A stretch of DNA of 64,000 nucleotides from Dendrobates tinctorius (taxonomy: Eukaryota): positions 26,226,001 through 26,290,000 of the forward strand of contig NW_027361870.1 of NCBI RefSeq assembly GCF_039654945.1. The letters are read 5' to 3'. Each line of letters begins with the position of its first letter. The first letter of the stretch is position 1. The translations under genes were made by a program, and so were the position numbers. A model generated the notes under the pieces. The model searched no databases. It was not told the DNA's origin and saw only the letters and a program-made list of their open reading frames with translations. Positions 13,294 to 25,523 of this stretch are shown piece after piece.

Positions 13294-13472
13294 GGTCGGG
13301 ATCACACTACCGTGTGTGATGCGAGAAACTCACACAAGTCTCTCACATCAACACCCGGTGCTGCATCCTGCACTCAGGACTGGAGCTGTGGCTGCATGTA
13401 TTTGCCGCCGGGTGTTGATGTGAGAGACTCGTGCGAGTTTCTCGCATCACACAAGGTAGTGTGATCCCGGCC
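13294..13472. mobile_element. PIF/Harbinger-type MITE, family B
   Basis: TAA|GGTCGGGATCACACTACC...GGTAGTGTGATCCCGGCC|TAA. Confidence 0.85.
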
Positions 13473-15399
13473 TAATGCGAATCCTCTCCTAGGCTGAAGC
13501 CTTCATTTATGGGTAGATAGGTCCCTACGAACCCATAAATTGTTGTCGCTACTGTACTTTCTGCCTGGAAGTGACAATCAGTCTTTTGTTATTTACATCA
13601 ACACAAGCAAAGAAGTGGGAAACGGAAGGAAGATGCAAGTCTTAATAACAAATCAGATATATACGGATTTCAGGCTCCATATAAAAGTGAGAGAAAAAGT
13701 ATTAATAATACAACTCAGTCTTTTATATTTCCATTTTTTTTATTTCAGGGGGAAATCCTTTCTATCTGCAGGCCATGAAGAAAATGTATGAAAAGTTTGT
13801 AAAGTAGACAAAAAAACACAGATCAAAATTTTTATGTCCTGCTCTTAACCTCGTATCACATTCCTTCCATTTTGGTTTAACTTTTGTCATTTTCAGCACT
13901 TTGAATCCCCTACTGCACTCTCATTTTCTTGATTGTGCAGCTCTTGCCTTTTCACGATGGCTTCTTATAAGAGCTTTATGGCTTGAAGATGGTCGTAACA
14001 GCCTCCCTCGGAGATGCTTTATGATCATTATAATCAAGACTTCATCTCTACGTGTTAATGTGGAAGGCATGCATTGATTACATAACAAAACTACTTCTGA
14101 CTACTTATGTTGTGAGAGATTGCACTCTTCATTCTATCCATTAGATCCACTGAGAAGATCTGGATATCTCCCTCCTTCCTTTGTCCTAATATCACTATTA
14201 CAGTCATCAATCTTCCTTGCTATTATCTCGCCTATCTATGACTGGTGAAGTTATATGTTGGAAAAAACGATGCCATTTTTCTTTCACTTTATATGTGCAA
14301 GGCTTTGTTTAATGGAAATGCATTGCCAGAAAATGACATATTGCTTACATCATGTTTTAATATTTAGTATATGTTTGAAAAACTCGCTTTGTTTTTGAAG
14401 TTACTTTCTATATTTGAAAATAATCCTGAAATTGTCTCAGTAGTCACTTTCCACCTTGGCTACTAATCCTACTAATAGAATGACATTTCATGAGCTGTAC
14501 ACATGGTTTTCAGTAGTCTCATTATCATTACAGACAATACTACAATGATAAAACTTCTACAGTCATATGTAAAAGTTTGGGCACCCCTATTAATGTTAAC
14601 CTTTTTTCTTTATAACAATTTTGGTTTTTGCAACAGGTATTTCAGTTTCATATACAGTGGGGAAAAAAAGTATTTAGTCAGTCAGCAATAGTGCAAGTTC
14701 CACCACTTAAAAAGATGAGAGGCGTCTGTAATTTACATCATAGGTAGACCTCAACTATGGGAGACAAACTGAGAAAAAAAAATCCAGAAAATCACATTGT
14801 GTGTTTTTTTTTCATTTTATTTGCATATTATGGTGGAAAATAAGTATTTGGTCAGAAACAAAATTTCATCTCAATACTTTGTGATATATCCTTTGTTGGC
14901 AATGACAGAGGTCAAACGTTTTCTGTAAGTCTTCACAAGGTTGCCACACACTGTTGTTGGTATGTTGGCCCATTCCTCCATGCAGATCTCCTCTAGAGCA
15001 GTGATGTTTTTGGCTTTTCGCTTGGCAACACGGACTTTCAACTCCCTCCAAAGGTTTTCTATAGGGTTGAGATCTGGAGACTGGCTAGGCCACTCCAGGA
15101 CCTTGAAATGCTTCTTACGAAGCCACTCCTTCGTTGCCCTGGCGGTGTGCTTTGGATCATTGTCATGTTGAAAGACCCAGCCACGTTTCATCTTCAATGC
15201 CCTTGCTGATGGAAGGAGGTTTGCACTCAAAATCTCACGATTAGAGTTGAGCGATACCGTCCGATACTTCAAAGTATCAGATCGGAATGGATCGGCCGAT
15301 CTTAAAAAAAAGTATCGGTATCGCCGATTCCGATACCGGAAGTCCCATTCAAGTCTATGGGACTTCCGGTATCGGAATAAGAAAAATCCTGTTTTTCCC

Positions 15400-15640
15400 T
15401 TGTACAGCCTCTCTGGGGTCTGTACGGGCCTTTCGGGGGGCTGTGCCGGCCTGCCAGGGGGTCTGTGCAGGCTCCGGTGGTCTGTGCCGGCCTGCCGGGG
15501 GGCTGTGCAGGCTCCGGTGGGCTGTGCCGGCCTGCCGGGGGGCTGTGCCGGCCTGCCGGGGGGCTGTGCAGGCCTGCCGGGGGGCTGTGCCGGCCTGCCG
15601 GGGGGCTGTGCAGGCTTCGGGGGTCTGTGCAGGCATCGTC
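15400..15640. repeat. GC-rich 21-bp minisatellite (GGGGGGCTGTGCCGGCCTGCC)n
   Basis: Tandem units; reverse-complement array at ~18980-19160. Confidence 0.85.
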
Positions 15641-15769
15641 CGATGGGACTACAAGTCCCATCGGGCGATGCCTGCTACCATGACAGTGATTGACACATTA
15701 GCCAATGATGGGACAGTAGTAGTCCCATCATCCGGCTAATGTGTTGAATGTAAAAAAAAAAAAAAAAAA

Positions 15770-16430
15770 TTACATGCTACATACATGCTACATACATACA
15801 ACATGCATACTACATACATGCTACATTCATACTACATACTACATACATGCTACATTCATACTACATATATACTACATGCAACATACATACTACATATATA
15901 CTACATGCATGCAACATGCATACTACATATATACTACATGCAACATACATACTACATATATACTACATGCATGCAACATGCATACTACATATATACTACA
16001 TGCTACATACATACTACATATATACTACATACATACTGCATGCTACATACATACTACATGCCACATACATACCACATACATACTACATACATACTACATA
16101 TATACTACATATATACTACATGCTACATACATACTACATATATGCTACATACATACTACATACATACTACATGCTACATACATACTACATATATACTACA
16201 TACATACTACATACATACTACATGCATGCTACATACATACTACATGCTACATACATACCACATACATACTACATACATACTACATGCTACATACATACTA
16301 CATATATACTACATGCATGCTACATACATACTGCATGCTACATGCATGCTACATACATACTACATACGTGCTACATACATACCACATATATACTACATAC
16401 ATACTACATACAATACATTCATACAATACA
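15770..16430. repeat. (TACA/TAC/TGC)-mosaic simple satellite
   Basis: TACATACATACTACATGC mosaic; mirror arrays at 17080-17200 and 18423-18830. Confidence 0.9.
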
Positions 16431-17201
16431 TACATAGACATACAGTACATATAACATAGAGTAACATACTTACCAATACTTGTCACATTGTTCCCCGAAG
16501 CCATTGTCTTTTACGGAATAAATATTAACATAACAAACCACAAAAATACTCACCCACGATCCGAAGCAGTCCACGAGTGTGTCCCACGACGATCTTGGGT
16601 AGAGAACTGCAGCATCAGCTGTTGCTGCCGTTCTCTACAGGCTGCAGGAATCCAATGACGGAAGGTAGGTATCCTTCCGCACTGTATTCCTCCGCCACTT
16701 AAAAAAAAAAAGTCCCTAGTCTCACTTTATGCCATTGCTGCGTGGGAAATTCCCACACAGCAATGGCATAAAGTGAGACTAGGGACTTTTTTTTTTTTAA
16801 GTGGCGGAGGAATACAGTGCGGAAGGATACCTACCTTCCGTCATTGGATTCCTGCAGCCCGTAGAGAACGGCAGCAACAGCTGATGCTGCAGTTCTCTAC
16901 CCAAGATCGTCGTGGGACACACTCATGTACTGCTTCGGATCGTGGGTGAGTATTTTTGTGGTTTGTTATGTTAATATTTATTCCGTAAAAGACAATGGCT
17001 TCGGGGAACAATGTGACAAGTATTGGTAAGTATGTTACTCTATGTTATATGTACTGTATGTCTATGTATGTATTGTATGAATGTATTGTATGTAGTATGT
17101 ATGTAGTATATATGTGGTATGTATGTAGCATGTAGTATGTATGTAGTATGTATGTAGCATGCATGTAGCATGCAGTATGTATGTAGCATGCATGTAGTAT
17201 A

Positions 17202-18422
17202 CACTCACTGGCCACTTTATTAGGTACACCATGCTAGTAAGGGGTTGGACCCCCTTTTGCCTTCAGAACTGCCTCAATTCTTCGTGGCAGAGATTCAACA
17301 AGGTGCTGGAAGCATTCCTCAGAGATTTTGGACCATATTGACATGATGGCATCACACAGTTGGCGCAGATTTGTCGGCTGCACATCCCTGATGCGAATCT
17401 CCCGTTCTACCTCATCCCAAAGATGCTCTATTGGATTGAGATCTGGTGACTGAGGAGGCCATTTGAGTACAGTGAACTCATTGTCATGTTCAAGAAACCT
17501 ATCTGAGATGATTCGAGCTTTATGACATGGCGCATTATCCTGCTGAAAGTAGCCATCAGATGTTGGGTACATTGTGGTCATAAAGGGATGGACATGGTCA
17601 GCAACAATACTCAGGTAGGCTGTGGCGTTGCAACGATGCTCAATTGGTACCAAGGGGCCCAAAGAGTGCCAAGAAAAAATTCCCCACACCATGACACCAC
17701 CACCACCAGCCTGAACCGTTGATACAAGGCAGGATGGATCCATGCTTTCATGTTGTTTACGCCAAATTCTGACCCTACCATCCGAATGTCGCAGCAGAAA
17801 TCGAGACTCATCAGACCAGGCAACGTTTTTCCAATCTTCTACTGTCCAATTTCGATGAGCTTGTGCAAATTGTAGCCTCAGTTTCCTGTTCTTAGCTGAG
17901 AGGAGTGGTACCCAGTGTGGTCTTCTGCTGCTGTAGCCCATCTGCCTCAAAGTTCGACGCACTGTGCGTTCAGAGATGCTCTTCTGCCTACCTTGGTTGT
18001 AACGGGTGGCAATTTGAGTCACTGTTGCCTTTCTATCAGCTCGAACCAGTCTGCCCATTCTCCTCTGACCTCTGGCATCAACAAGGCATTTCCGGCCACA
18101 GAACTGCCGCTCACTGGTTTTTTTTTCTTTTTCGGACCATTCTCTGTAAACCCTAGAGATGGTTGTGCGTGAAAATCCCAGTAGATCAGCAGTTTCTGAA
18201 ATTCTCAGACCAGCCCTTCTGGCACCAACAATCATGCCACGTTCAAAGGCACTCAAATCACCTTTCTTCCCCATACTGATGCTCGGTTTGAACTGCAGGA
18301 GATTGTCTTGACCATGTCTACATGCCTAAATGCACTGAGTTGCCGCCATGTGATTGGCTGATTAGAAATTAAGTCTTAACACACAGTTGGACAGGTGTAC
18401 CTAATAAAGTGGCCAGTGAGTG
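17202..18422 (-). mobile_element. Full-length Tc1/mariner element D, DD36E (Incomer-type)
   Basis: TA|CACTCACTGGCCACTTTATTAGGTACACC...GGTGTACCTAATAAAGTGGCCAGTGAGTG|TA. 1221 bp with a 29-bp perfect TIR. Confidence 0.95.
17234..18274 (-). CDS. Intact Tc1-family transposase, DD36E, 346 aa
   Basis: Uninterrupted ORF with an HTH N-terminus, [16 protein letters not shown] and [11 protein letters not shown]. There are 36 residues between the second D and the E. Confidence 0.95.
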   Translation of the reverse strand: MGKKGDLSAFERGMIVGARRAGLRISETADLLGFSRTTISRVYREWSEKEKKTSERQFCGRKCLVDARGQRRMGRLVRADRKATVTQIATRYNQGRQKSISERTVRRTLRQMGYSSRRPHWVPLLSAKNRKLRLQFAQAHRNWTVEDWKNVAWSDESRFLLRHSDGRVRIWRKQHESMDPSCLVSTVQAGGGGVMVWGIFSWHSLGPLVPIEHRCNATAYLSIVADHVHPFMTTMYPTSDGYFQQDNAPCHKARIISDRFLEHDNEFTVLKWPPQSPDLNPIEHLWDEVEREIRIRDVQPTNLRQLCDAIMSIWSKISEECFQHLVESLPRRIEAVLKAKGGPTPY

Positions 18423-20684
18423 TATATGTAGTATGTATGTAGTATGTATGTAGCATGTAGTATGTATGTAGCATGCATGTAGTATGTATGTAGTATGTAT
18501 GTAGTATATATGTAGTATGTATGTAGCATGTAGTATGTATGTAGCATGCATGTAGTATATATGTAGTATGTATGTAGCATGTAGTATGTATGTAGCATGC
18601 ATGTAGTATATATGTAGTATGTATGTATGTAGTATGTAAGTAGTATATATGTAGCATGTAGTATGTATGTAGCATGCATGTAGTATATATGTGTTATGTA
18701 TGTGGTATGTATGTATATATGTGGTATGTATGTAGTATGTATGTAGTATGTATGTAGTATGTATGTGGTATGTATGTAGTATGTATGTAGCATGTAGTAT
18801 GTATGTAGCATGCATGTAGTATGTATGTAGTATTTTTTTTTTTTTTTTTTTTTTTAACATTTAACACATTAGCCGGATGATGGGACTACTACTGTCCCAT
18901 CATTGGCTAATGTGTCAATCACTGTCATGGTAGCAGGCATCGCCAGATGGGACTTGTAGTCCCATCGGACGATGCTTGCACAGACCCCCGGACATCAGCA
19001 CAGCCCCCCGGCAGGCCGGCACAGCCCCCCGGCAGGCCGGTACAGACCCCCACAGGGTGCACAGACCACCGGCAGGCCGGCACAGCCCCCCGGCAGGCCG
19101 GTACAGACCCCGGGCAGTCCACACAGCCCCCCGGCAGGCCGGCAGAGACCCCCGGAAGGCCCGAAATGACGGCGCATCATGATGCGCACACACCGCGCAT
19201 CATGATGACGTCAGGCTGTCAATCAACTTTGAACTTCCGATTCCGATGCCGACTTCCGATATTGAAAAAATATCGGAAGTCGGTATCGGAATTCCGATAC
19301 AGCAAGTATCGGCCGATACCTGATACTTGCGGTATCGGAATGCTCAACACTACTCACGATACATGGCCCCATTCATTCTTTCATGTACCCGGATCAGTCG
19401 TCCTGGCCCCTTTGCAGAGAAACAGCCCCAAAGCATGATGTTTCCACCACCATGCTTTACAGTAGGTATGGTGTTTGATGGATGCAACTCAGTATTCTTT
19501 TTCCTCCAAACACGACAAGTTGTGTTTCTACCAAACAGTTCCAGTTTGGTTTCATCAGACCATAGGACATTCTCCCAAAACTCCTCTGGATCATCCAAAT
19601 GCTCTCTAGCAAACTTCAGACGGGCCCGGACATGTACAGGCTTAAGCAGTGGGACACGTCTGGCACTGCAGGATCTGAGTCCATGGTGGCGTAGTGTGTT
19701 ACTTATGGTAGACCTTGTTACCTTGGTCCCAGCTCTCTGCAGTTCATTCACTAGGTCCCCCCGCGTGGTTCTGGGATTTTTGCTCACCGTTCTTGTGATC
19801 ATTCTGACCCCACGGGGTGGGATTTTGCGTGGAGCACCAGATCGAGGGAGATTATCAGTGGTCTTGTATGTCTTCCATTTTCTAATTATTGCTCCCACAG
19901 TTGATTTCTTCACTCCAAGCTGGTTGGCTATTGCAGATTCAGTCTTCCCAGCCTGGTGCAGGGCTACAATTTTGTTTCTGGTGTCCTTTGACAGCTCTTT
20001 GGTCTTCACCATAGTGGAGTTTGGAGTCAGACTGTTTGAGGGTGTGCACAGGTGTCTTTTTATACTGATAACAAGTTTAAACAGGTGCCATTACTACAGG
20101 TAATGAGTGGAGGAAAGAGGAGACTCTTAAAGAAGAAGTTACAGGTCTGTGAGAGCCAGAAATCTTGATTGCTTGTTTCTGACCAAATACTTATTTTCCA
20201 CCATAATATGCAAATAAAATGAAAAAAAAACAGACAATGTGATTTTATGGATTTTTTTTTCTCAGTTTGTCTCCCATAGTTGAGGTCTACCTATGATGTA
20301 AATTACAGACGCTTCTCATCTTTTTAAGTGGTGGAACTTGCACTATTGCTGACTGACTAAATACTTTTTTTCCCCACTGTATCTAATAATTGATGGACTC
20401 AGTTATATTTCTGGATTCAAATGAGGTTTATTGTACTAACAGAAAATGTGCAATCTGCATTTAAACAAAATTTGACCCGTTCAAAAGTATGGGCACCCTT
20501 ATCATTTTCTTGATTTGAACACTCCTAACTACTTTTTACTGACTTCCTGAAGCACTAAATTGGTTTTGTAACCTCATTGAGCTTTGAACTTCATAGCCAG
20601 GTGTATCAAATCATGAGAAAAGGTATTTAAAGTGGCCACTTGCAAGTAGTTCTCCTATTTGATTCTCCTATGAAGAGTGGCATC

Positions 20685-21190
20685 ATGGGCTCCTCAAAAC
20701 AACTCTCAAATGATCTGAAAACAAAGATTATTCAACATAGCTTTTCAGGGGAAGGATACAAAAAGTTGTCTCAGAGATTTAACCAGTCAGTTTCCACTGT
20801 GAGGAACATAGTAAGGAAATGGAAGAACACAGGTACAGTTCTTGTTAAGCCCAGAAGTGGCAGGCCAAGAAAAATATCAGAAAGGCAGAGAAGAAGAATG
20901 GTGAGAACAGTCAAGGACAATCCACAGACCACCTCCAAAGACCTGCAGCATCATCTTGCTGCAGATAGTGTCACTGTGCATCGGTCAACAATACAGCGCA
21001 CTTTGCACAAGGAGAAGCTGTATGGGAGAGTGATGCGAAAGAAGCCGTTTCTGCAAGCACGCCACAAACAGAGTCGCCTGAGGTATGCAAAAGCACATTT
21101 GGACAAGCCAGTTACATTTTGGAAGAAGGTCCTGTGGACTGATGAAACAAAGATTGAGTTGTTTGGTCATACAAAAAGGCGTTATGCATG
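20685..21190 (+). pseudogene. Tc1 transposase 5' half (element A, left arm)
   Basis: MGSSKQLSNDLKTK...GRPRKIS...WTDETKIELFGHTKRRYA, ending at the inversion junction. Confidence 0.9.
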
Positions 21191-21504
21191 CGCTGTATTG
21201 TTGACCGATGCACAGTGACACCATCTGCAGCAAGATAATGCTGCAGGTCTTTGGAGGTGGTCTGTGGATTGTCCTTGACTGTTCTCACCATTCTTCTTCT
21301 CTGCCTTTCTGATATTTTTCTTGGCCTGCCACTTCTGGGCTTAACAAGAACTGTACCTGTGTTCTTCCATTTCCTTACTATGTTCCTCACAGTGGAAACT
21401 GACTGGTTAAATCTCTGAGACAACTTTTTGTATCCTTCCCCTGAAAAGCTATGTTGAATAATCTTTGTTTTCAGATCATTTGAGAGTTGTTTTGAGGAGC
21501 CCAT
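21188..21504 (-). pseudogene. Tc1 transposase 5' part, inverted copy (element A, right arm)
   Basis: Same N-terminus MGSSKQLS...HRSTIQR on the minus strand, with only a few substitutions versus the left arm. Confidence 0.9.
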
Positions 21505-22257
21505 GATGCCACTCTTCATAGGAGAATCAAATAGGAGAACTACTTGCAAGTGGCCACTTTAAATACCTTTTCTCATGATTTGATACACCTGGCTATGAAG
21601 TTCAAAGCTCAATGAGGTTACAAAACCAATTTAGTGCTTCAGGAAGTCAGTAAAAAGTAGTTAGGAGTGTTCAAATCAAGAAAATGATAAGGGTGCCCAT
21701 ACTTTTGCACCGGTCAAATTTTGTTTACATGCAGATTGCACATTTTCTGTTAGTACAATAAACCTCATTTGAATCCAGAAATATAACGGAGTCCATCAGT
21801 TATTAGATATATGAAACTGAAATACCTGTTGCAAAAACCAAAATTGTTATAAAGAAAAAAGGTTAACATTAATAGGGGTGCCCAAACTTTTACATATGAC
21901 TGTATATACAGTGCATAGCACAGTATGTACAATTCACAGCTCACCTTCTCCTCCTCCCTCTCACAATCGGCTCTCTTCATCTGTGTACAAATGTTTCCTG
22001 ATTTTGAGGACCGTCCACGTGAGGGTCAGCACCAAATTTGTAAGTTTGCTCATTTCTTAAAAATCATATTAATCCACAAATTAACACGTTTTTCCCATTA
22101 GCCCCTAAAATAATATTATGTGTAGGTTTTTCTCATTCTGTGTAATCTATCTTATATTTAAATGACACCTTACTAGGCCACATGACTATGTTAAATTTAT
22201 GTTAAAATGTTTGACAAATTGGGCAATGTCCTAATAAATTATTGTGTGACATTGCAG

Positions 22258-23040
22258 TGGAAGATGTCATGAGACGCTGGCTCAGCATCCGCGACCAATA
22301 CAGCCAGGAACGTCAGCAGCGGACCAGGAGTGGGGATGCAGCATCGACCAAGAGGAAATATATATATTATGACCGGCTGTCATTTCTGGCTCGCATTCTG
22401 AATCTCAGACCGTAAGTACATGCATCACACCACATTACACATATGCTGTTTAGGGTCATATCTACATTTTTTCTTTACATTTCAAAACAGAACTCAGTGA
22501 AACCTCACTGAGAGGGAGACAGGCCACTATCGATCCAGGCGGGGGAGGTGAAGAGGTGGCTAGCCCATCTTCTGAGCCTTCCAGCTGCATCCCCCAAGCT
22601 CCACCAGTTCCAGCAGTGACATCATGCAGCCTGGAGGACCAGGGAAACAGCAGCAGCCCTATTGTGCCTCTTGAGGCCTCATTCCACCCTGCCGTCATAC
22701 CCCGCCATGGCCGACGAAGGAGAGACATCCCTGATCTGACACAAGGAGGCATGTTGACACGGCAGTGTTAAATTACCTGTCCAGGGTTGCCTAGCATGAG
22801 GGTGAGGAGGCATATTCCCGCAGCCTGGCCCGGTACCTCTCTCCCCTACCCCGGGAGGTGAGACTACGTGTGCGAGGATCCATTCAGATCCTCATTGATG
22901 CCTGCACACACCCCCAATACCCCATATGAGGTATTTGAGTTTTTGGAGCGGTGGCAGCTGTGACCCTGTAACCTGCTCCGAGTTTCCCCCAACCGAGAAG
23001 TGCAGGCACAATCTGGATCTGAGCCACCTCCTCCACGGGT
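22258..23040 (+). pseudogene. Harbinger accessory MADF/Myb-like + BESS-like gene remnant
   Basis: Exon 22258-22411 (AG/GT bounded) reads EDVMRRWLSIRDQYSQER...KRKYIYYDRLSFL. The next exon from 22491 has stops/frameshifts and a BESS-like EEAYSRSLARYLSPLPREVRLRVRGSIQILIDACT. Confidence 0.75.
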
Positions 23041-23133
23041 AATTGTAATTTTTTTATTTTTTTTTGCTAACGCAAATTTCTGTATTTTGATACAGGAAAG
23101 ATGTATATTTTTTTACCGTGTTAGCCAGTAGAT

Positions 23134-23365
23134 AGAAGAATATTTAGAATTGAGAGTCCTCAGTGGTTGATACCTTTTAATGGCTAACTGAAAAGATGGT
23201 AACACATTGCAAGCTTTCGAGACTACTCAGGTCTCTTCATCAGGCTAGACTAATACAACATCTGAAGAATCACATATTTATACACAAAACAGCACAGAAA
23301 TAACGCAATAGATAAGACATTAAAAAGTATCAACTACTGAGGGCTCTCAGTTCTAAATATTCTTG
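23134..23365 (-). mobile_element. Small Penelope-type foldback insert with a hammerhead-like core
   Basis: ~48-bp inverted ends (AAGAATATTTAGAATTGAGAGTCCTCAGTGGTTGATACCTTTTAATG and its complement). The minus strand reads CTGATGA-AGAGAC-loop-GTCTC-GAAA-GCTT. Confidence 0.65.
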
Positions 23366-23628
23366 TATTTTGATAAGTATTTGGTTTCACAAATGTGCCA
23401 AAAAACGTTTGCCCAAATTTGTATGGGCACAAAAGCCATATGAGTTTAATATGGTTTTATGATTACAAAGTTAAATTTTGGCTGGATAAAAAGTTCAAAA
23501 TTGCAGCGCTTGGTCTCATTGAATTCATACCTTGTGCATCCAAATATTCAAATATTTGACATAATATAAATGAAAACACACACAAAAACAAGAACAAACT
23601 GGCTTTTATGTAAACCAACAATTGAGAA

Positions 23629-25433
23629 TTACAACATAGATATAGCATGCTCTTGCAAGGGATTAGCACCCTGAGGTGTTACAAAATAATTAGTGAACAC
23701 ATCATGCACTTTGAGTCCAGAGAGGGGACGACAGGGAGGGATCACATGTGGTCTAGGCCTACCCACATTGCCACACACAACTTCAACACCATCAGATGAG
23801 GAGCAATCATGTATTCGGGTGAAGTTATGTAGGATCACACATGCTTTATTGACCTCATTAACATTAGCTTCACTCAGCTGAATGGCTGACTGGAGGACCT
23901 GTCATTTGGCACAAAGAATGCCAAAGGCGCACTCCACCAGTCGTCGTGTGCATGATAGGCGCAAGTTAAAGGTTCTGCACCGGGGGTCCAGGTTTCTACA
24001 GGGATATGGCCTCATTACATGACGGGTCAATTGAAAGGCCTCATCTGCAACAAGGACATAAGGCACAGATTCATGATTGGAGCCTGGAAGCTGACGTGGT
24101 GGTGGTAGGTCCATCTGGTTATTGCGCAGCCGCCGACCCATAATGGAAGAATTGAAGACTCTAGAGTCTCCAGTTCTTCCATAGGCCCCAATATCTACAA
24201 TTATAAACTTGTAGTGACTGTCAACCAGGGCCAACAACACAACAGAAAAATATTGTTTATAATTATAGAATTGGGACCCTGAGTTTGGCGGCTTACGCAC
24301 ACGGATGTGCTTCCCACCCAGGGCCCCAATACAATTGGGAAAGTTGCAGTGCTCCTCAAATCCCTTGGAAATCCGCATCCAGTCTTCCATCACGGGCTCA
24401 GGAATGACCACTTGATGAAGTCGTGACCATATTTCAGAACAGGTAGACCGGACTATGCCTGATACTGTGCATTTCCCAATCAAAAATTCATTATGTAGTG
24501 CCTAGTGATGAGCGAGTATACTCGTTACTTGGGTTTCCCCGAGCATGCTCGGGTGTCCTCCAAGTATTTTGGCGTGCTCTGAGATTTAGTTTGTGTCGAA
24601 GTAGCTGCATGATTTATGGCTACTAGACAGGCTGAATACATGTGAGGAATGCTTGTTTGTTAGGGAATCCCCACATGTATTCAGGCTGTCCAGTAGCCAT
24701 AAATCATGCAGCTGTGTCGACACAGATTAAATCTCCGAGCACGCCCAAATACTCGGAGGGCACCCGAGCAACGAGTATACTCGCTCATCACTAGTAGTGC
24801 CGCATATGACAGACCAGTTGTGAGGAAGCTAAAAGAAAAGAATAAAAAAATTAACAAACATGTTCAAGCTTTGACAGAAATCATTTTCGAAAACTTACAG
24901 TGTGTAACTAACAAGCCATGCAATAACAACATTAAAAGAGGTCCAATGGCTGTGATTTTCATAACAAATACATATTATTATTAATGCGAGTTTATATTTT
25001 AGATATATTAAGAATAAAACAACCTAAATTTGAAACAAGAACAATATACTACATTTAAAACATCATCAACATAGAGTATGAGGAGGAGGAATACATACCA
25101 TAACGTAAGGAGAAGGCGCTCCTCAGCAGAAATACATTTCCGCATCCTGGTGTCCTGAAAGGTGATCCCAGGGCGCACTGTCTCCAACAAAATATCAAAG
25201 GTGGCAAGGCTCATGCGACAATATTGGTAAAACTTGTCAGGATGGGTCCGCAGAGATGCATAGAAACGGTGGAAATGGCCTTTAGTGAGGCGTTGCTTCA
25301 AAAGCGAATAGACCCACGTTCGTCTCCTCCTCCTCGGATCCACAATCACTGGGTATGGCTGCCCAAATCGGCGGGAAAAAACCCAGCTGTATAGCACCCG
25401 CTCAGTTGGGGAGAACCGAAGTCTGTCTGACAT
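23629..25433 (-). pseudogene. PIF/Harbinger (HARBI1-like) DDE transposase pseudogene, 2 exons
   Basis: Exon 1 25433-25099 (MSDRL...RMRKCISAEERLLLTL), GT-AG intron, exon 2 from 24828. Motifs FPNCIGALGGKHIRV (catalytic D changed to G), YNYKQYFSVVL, ADEAF, VECAFGIL. Stop at 23902; MITE inserted at 24503. Confidence 0.9.
24503..24793. mobile_element. hAT-type MITE inserted in the Harbinger transposase
   Basis: TIR TAGTGATGAGCGAGTATACTCG; perfect 8-bp TSD GTAGTGCC (24495-24502 and 24794-24801). Confidence 0.92.
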
Positions 25434-25523
25434 TTTGCACACAAACCACAAATACACCAACACAAGCACAGTAACAAAATAGCCATATTGGAGGCTGCCA
25501 CCTGTTGCAGAGGCAATAAATAG

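Larger units (their letters stand above)
15242..19352. mobile_element. Foldback non-autonomous hAT-type element C
   Basis: 8-bp TSD CTCACGAT (15234-15241 and 19353-19360). Termini TAGAGTTGAGC...GCTCAACACTA, CCGATAC/GTATCGG subterminal motifs, symmetry centre at 16749. Confidence 0.9.
14871..20012 (-). pseudogene. Tc1 transposase of element B (~340 aa), split by the hAT insertion
   Basis: ORF 20012-19353 ([10 protein letters not shown]...WSDETK...GAMYRE) joins ORF 15241-14871 (REILSAN...QHDNDPKH...[11 protein letters not shown]...GYITKY). D-to-E spacing is 34. No stops in either half. Confidence 0.93.
14655..20379 (-). mobile_element. Tc1 element B (DD34E, long ~210-bp TIRs)
   Basis: TA|CAGTGGGGAAAAAAAGTATTTAGTCAGTCAGC...GCTGACTGACTAAATACTTTTTTTCCCCACTG|TA. 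Confidence 0.95.
14560..21902. mobile_element. Tc1 derivative A: two 5' halves joined head-to-head (palindromic), outermost layer of the nest
   Basis: TA|CAGTCATATGTAAAAGTTTGGGCACCCCT...AGGGGTGCCCAAACTTTTACATATGACTG|TA. The left arm is split by element B at TA 14653/20380. Arm junction at ~21188. Confidence 0.9.

Noticed and set aside
15741-16459. His/Tyr/Thr-rich ORFs of ~200-240 aa (also 18369-18860)
   Set aside because: Open in all three frames because the TACA satellite lacks stop codons.
19327-20103. 258-aa plus-strand ORF
   Set aside because: Antisense shadow of the Tc1 transposase.
23629-25433. Domesticated HARBI1 host gene
   Set aside because: Catalytic Asp lost, internal stop, MITE insertion and a decayed MADF partner: a dead transposon.
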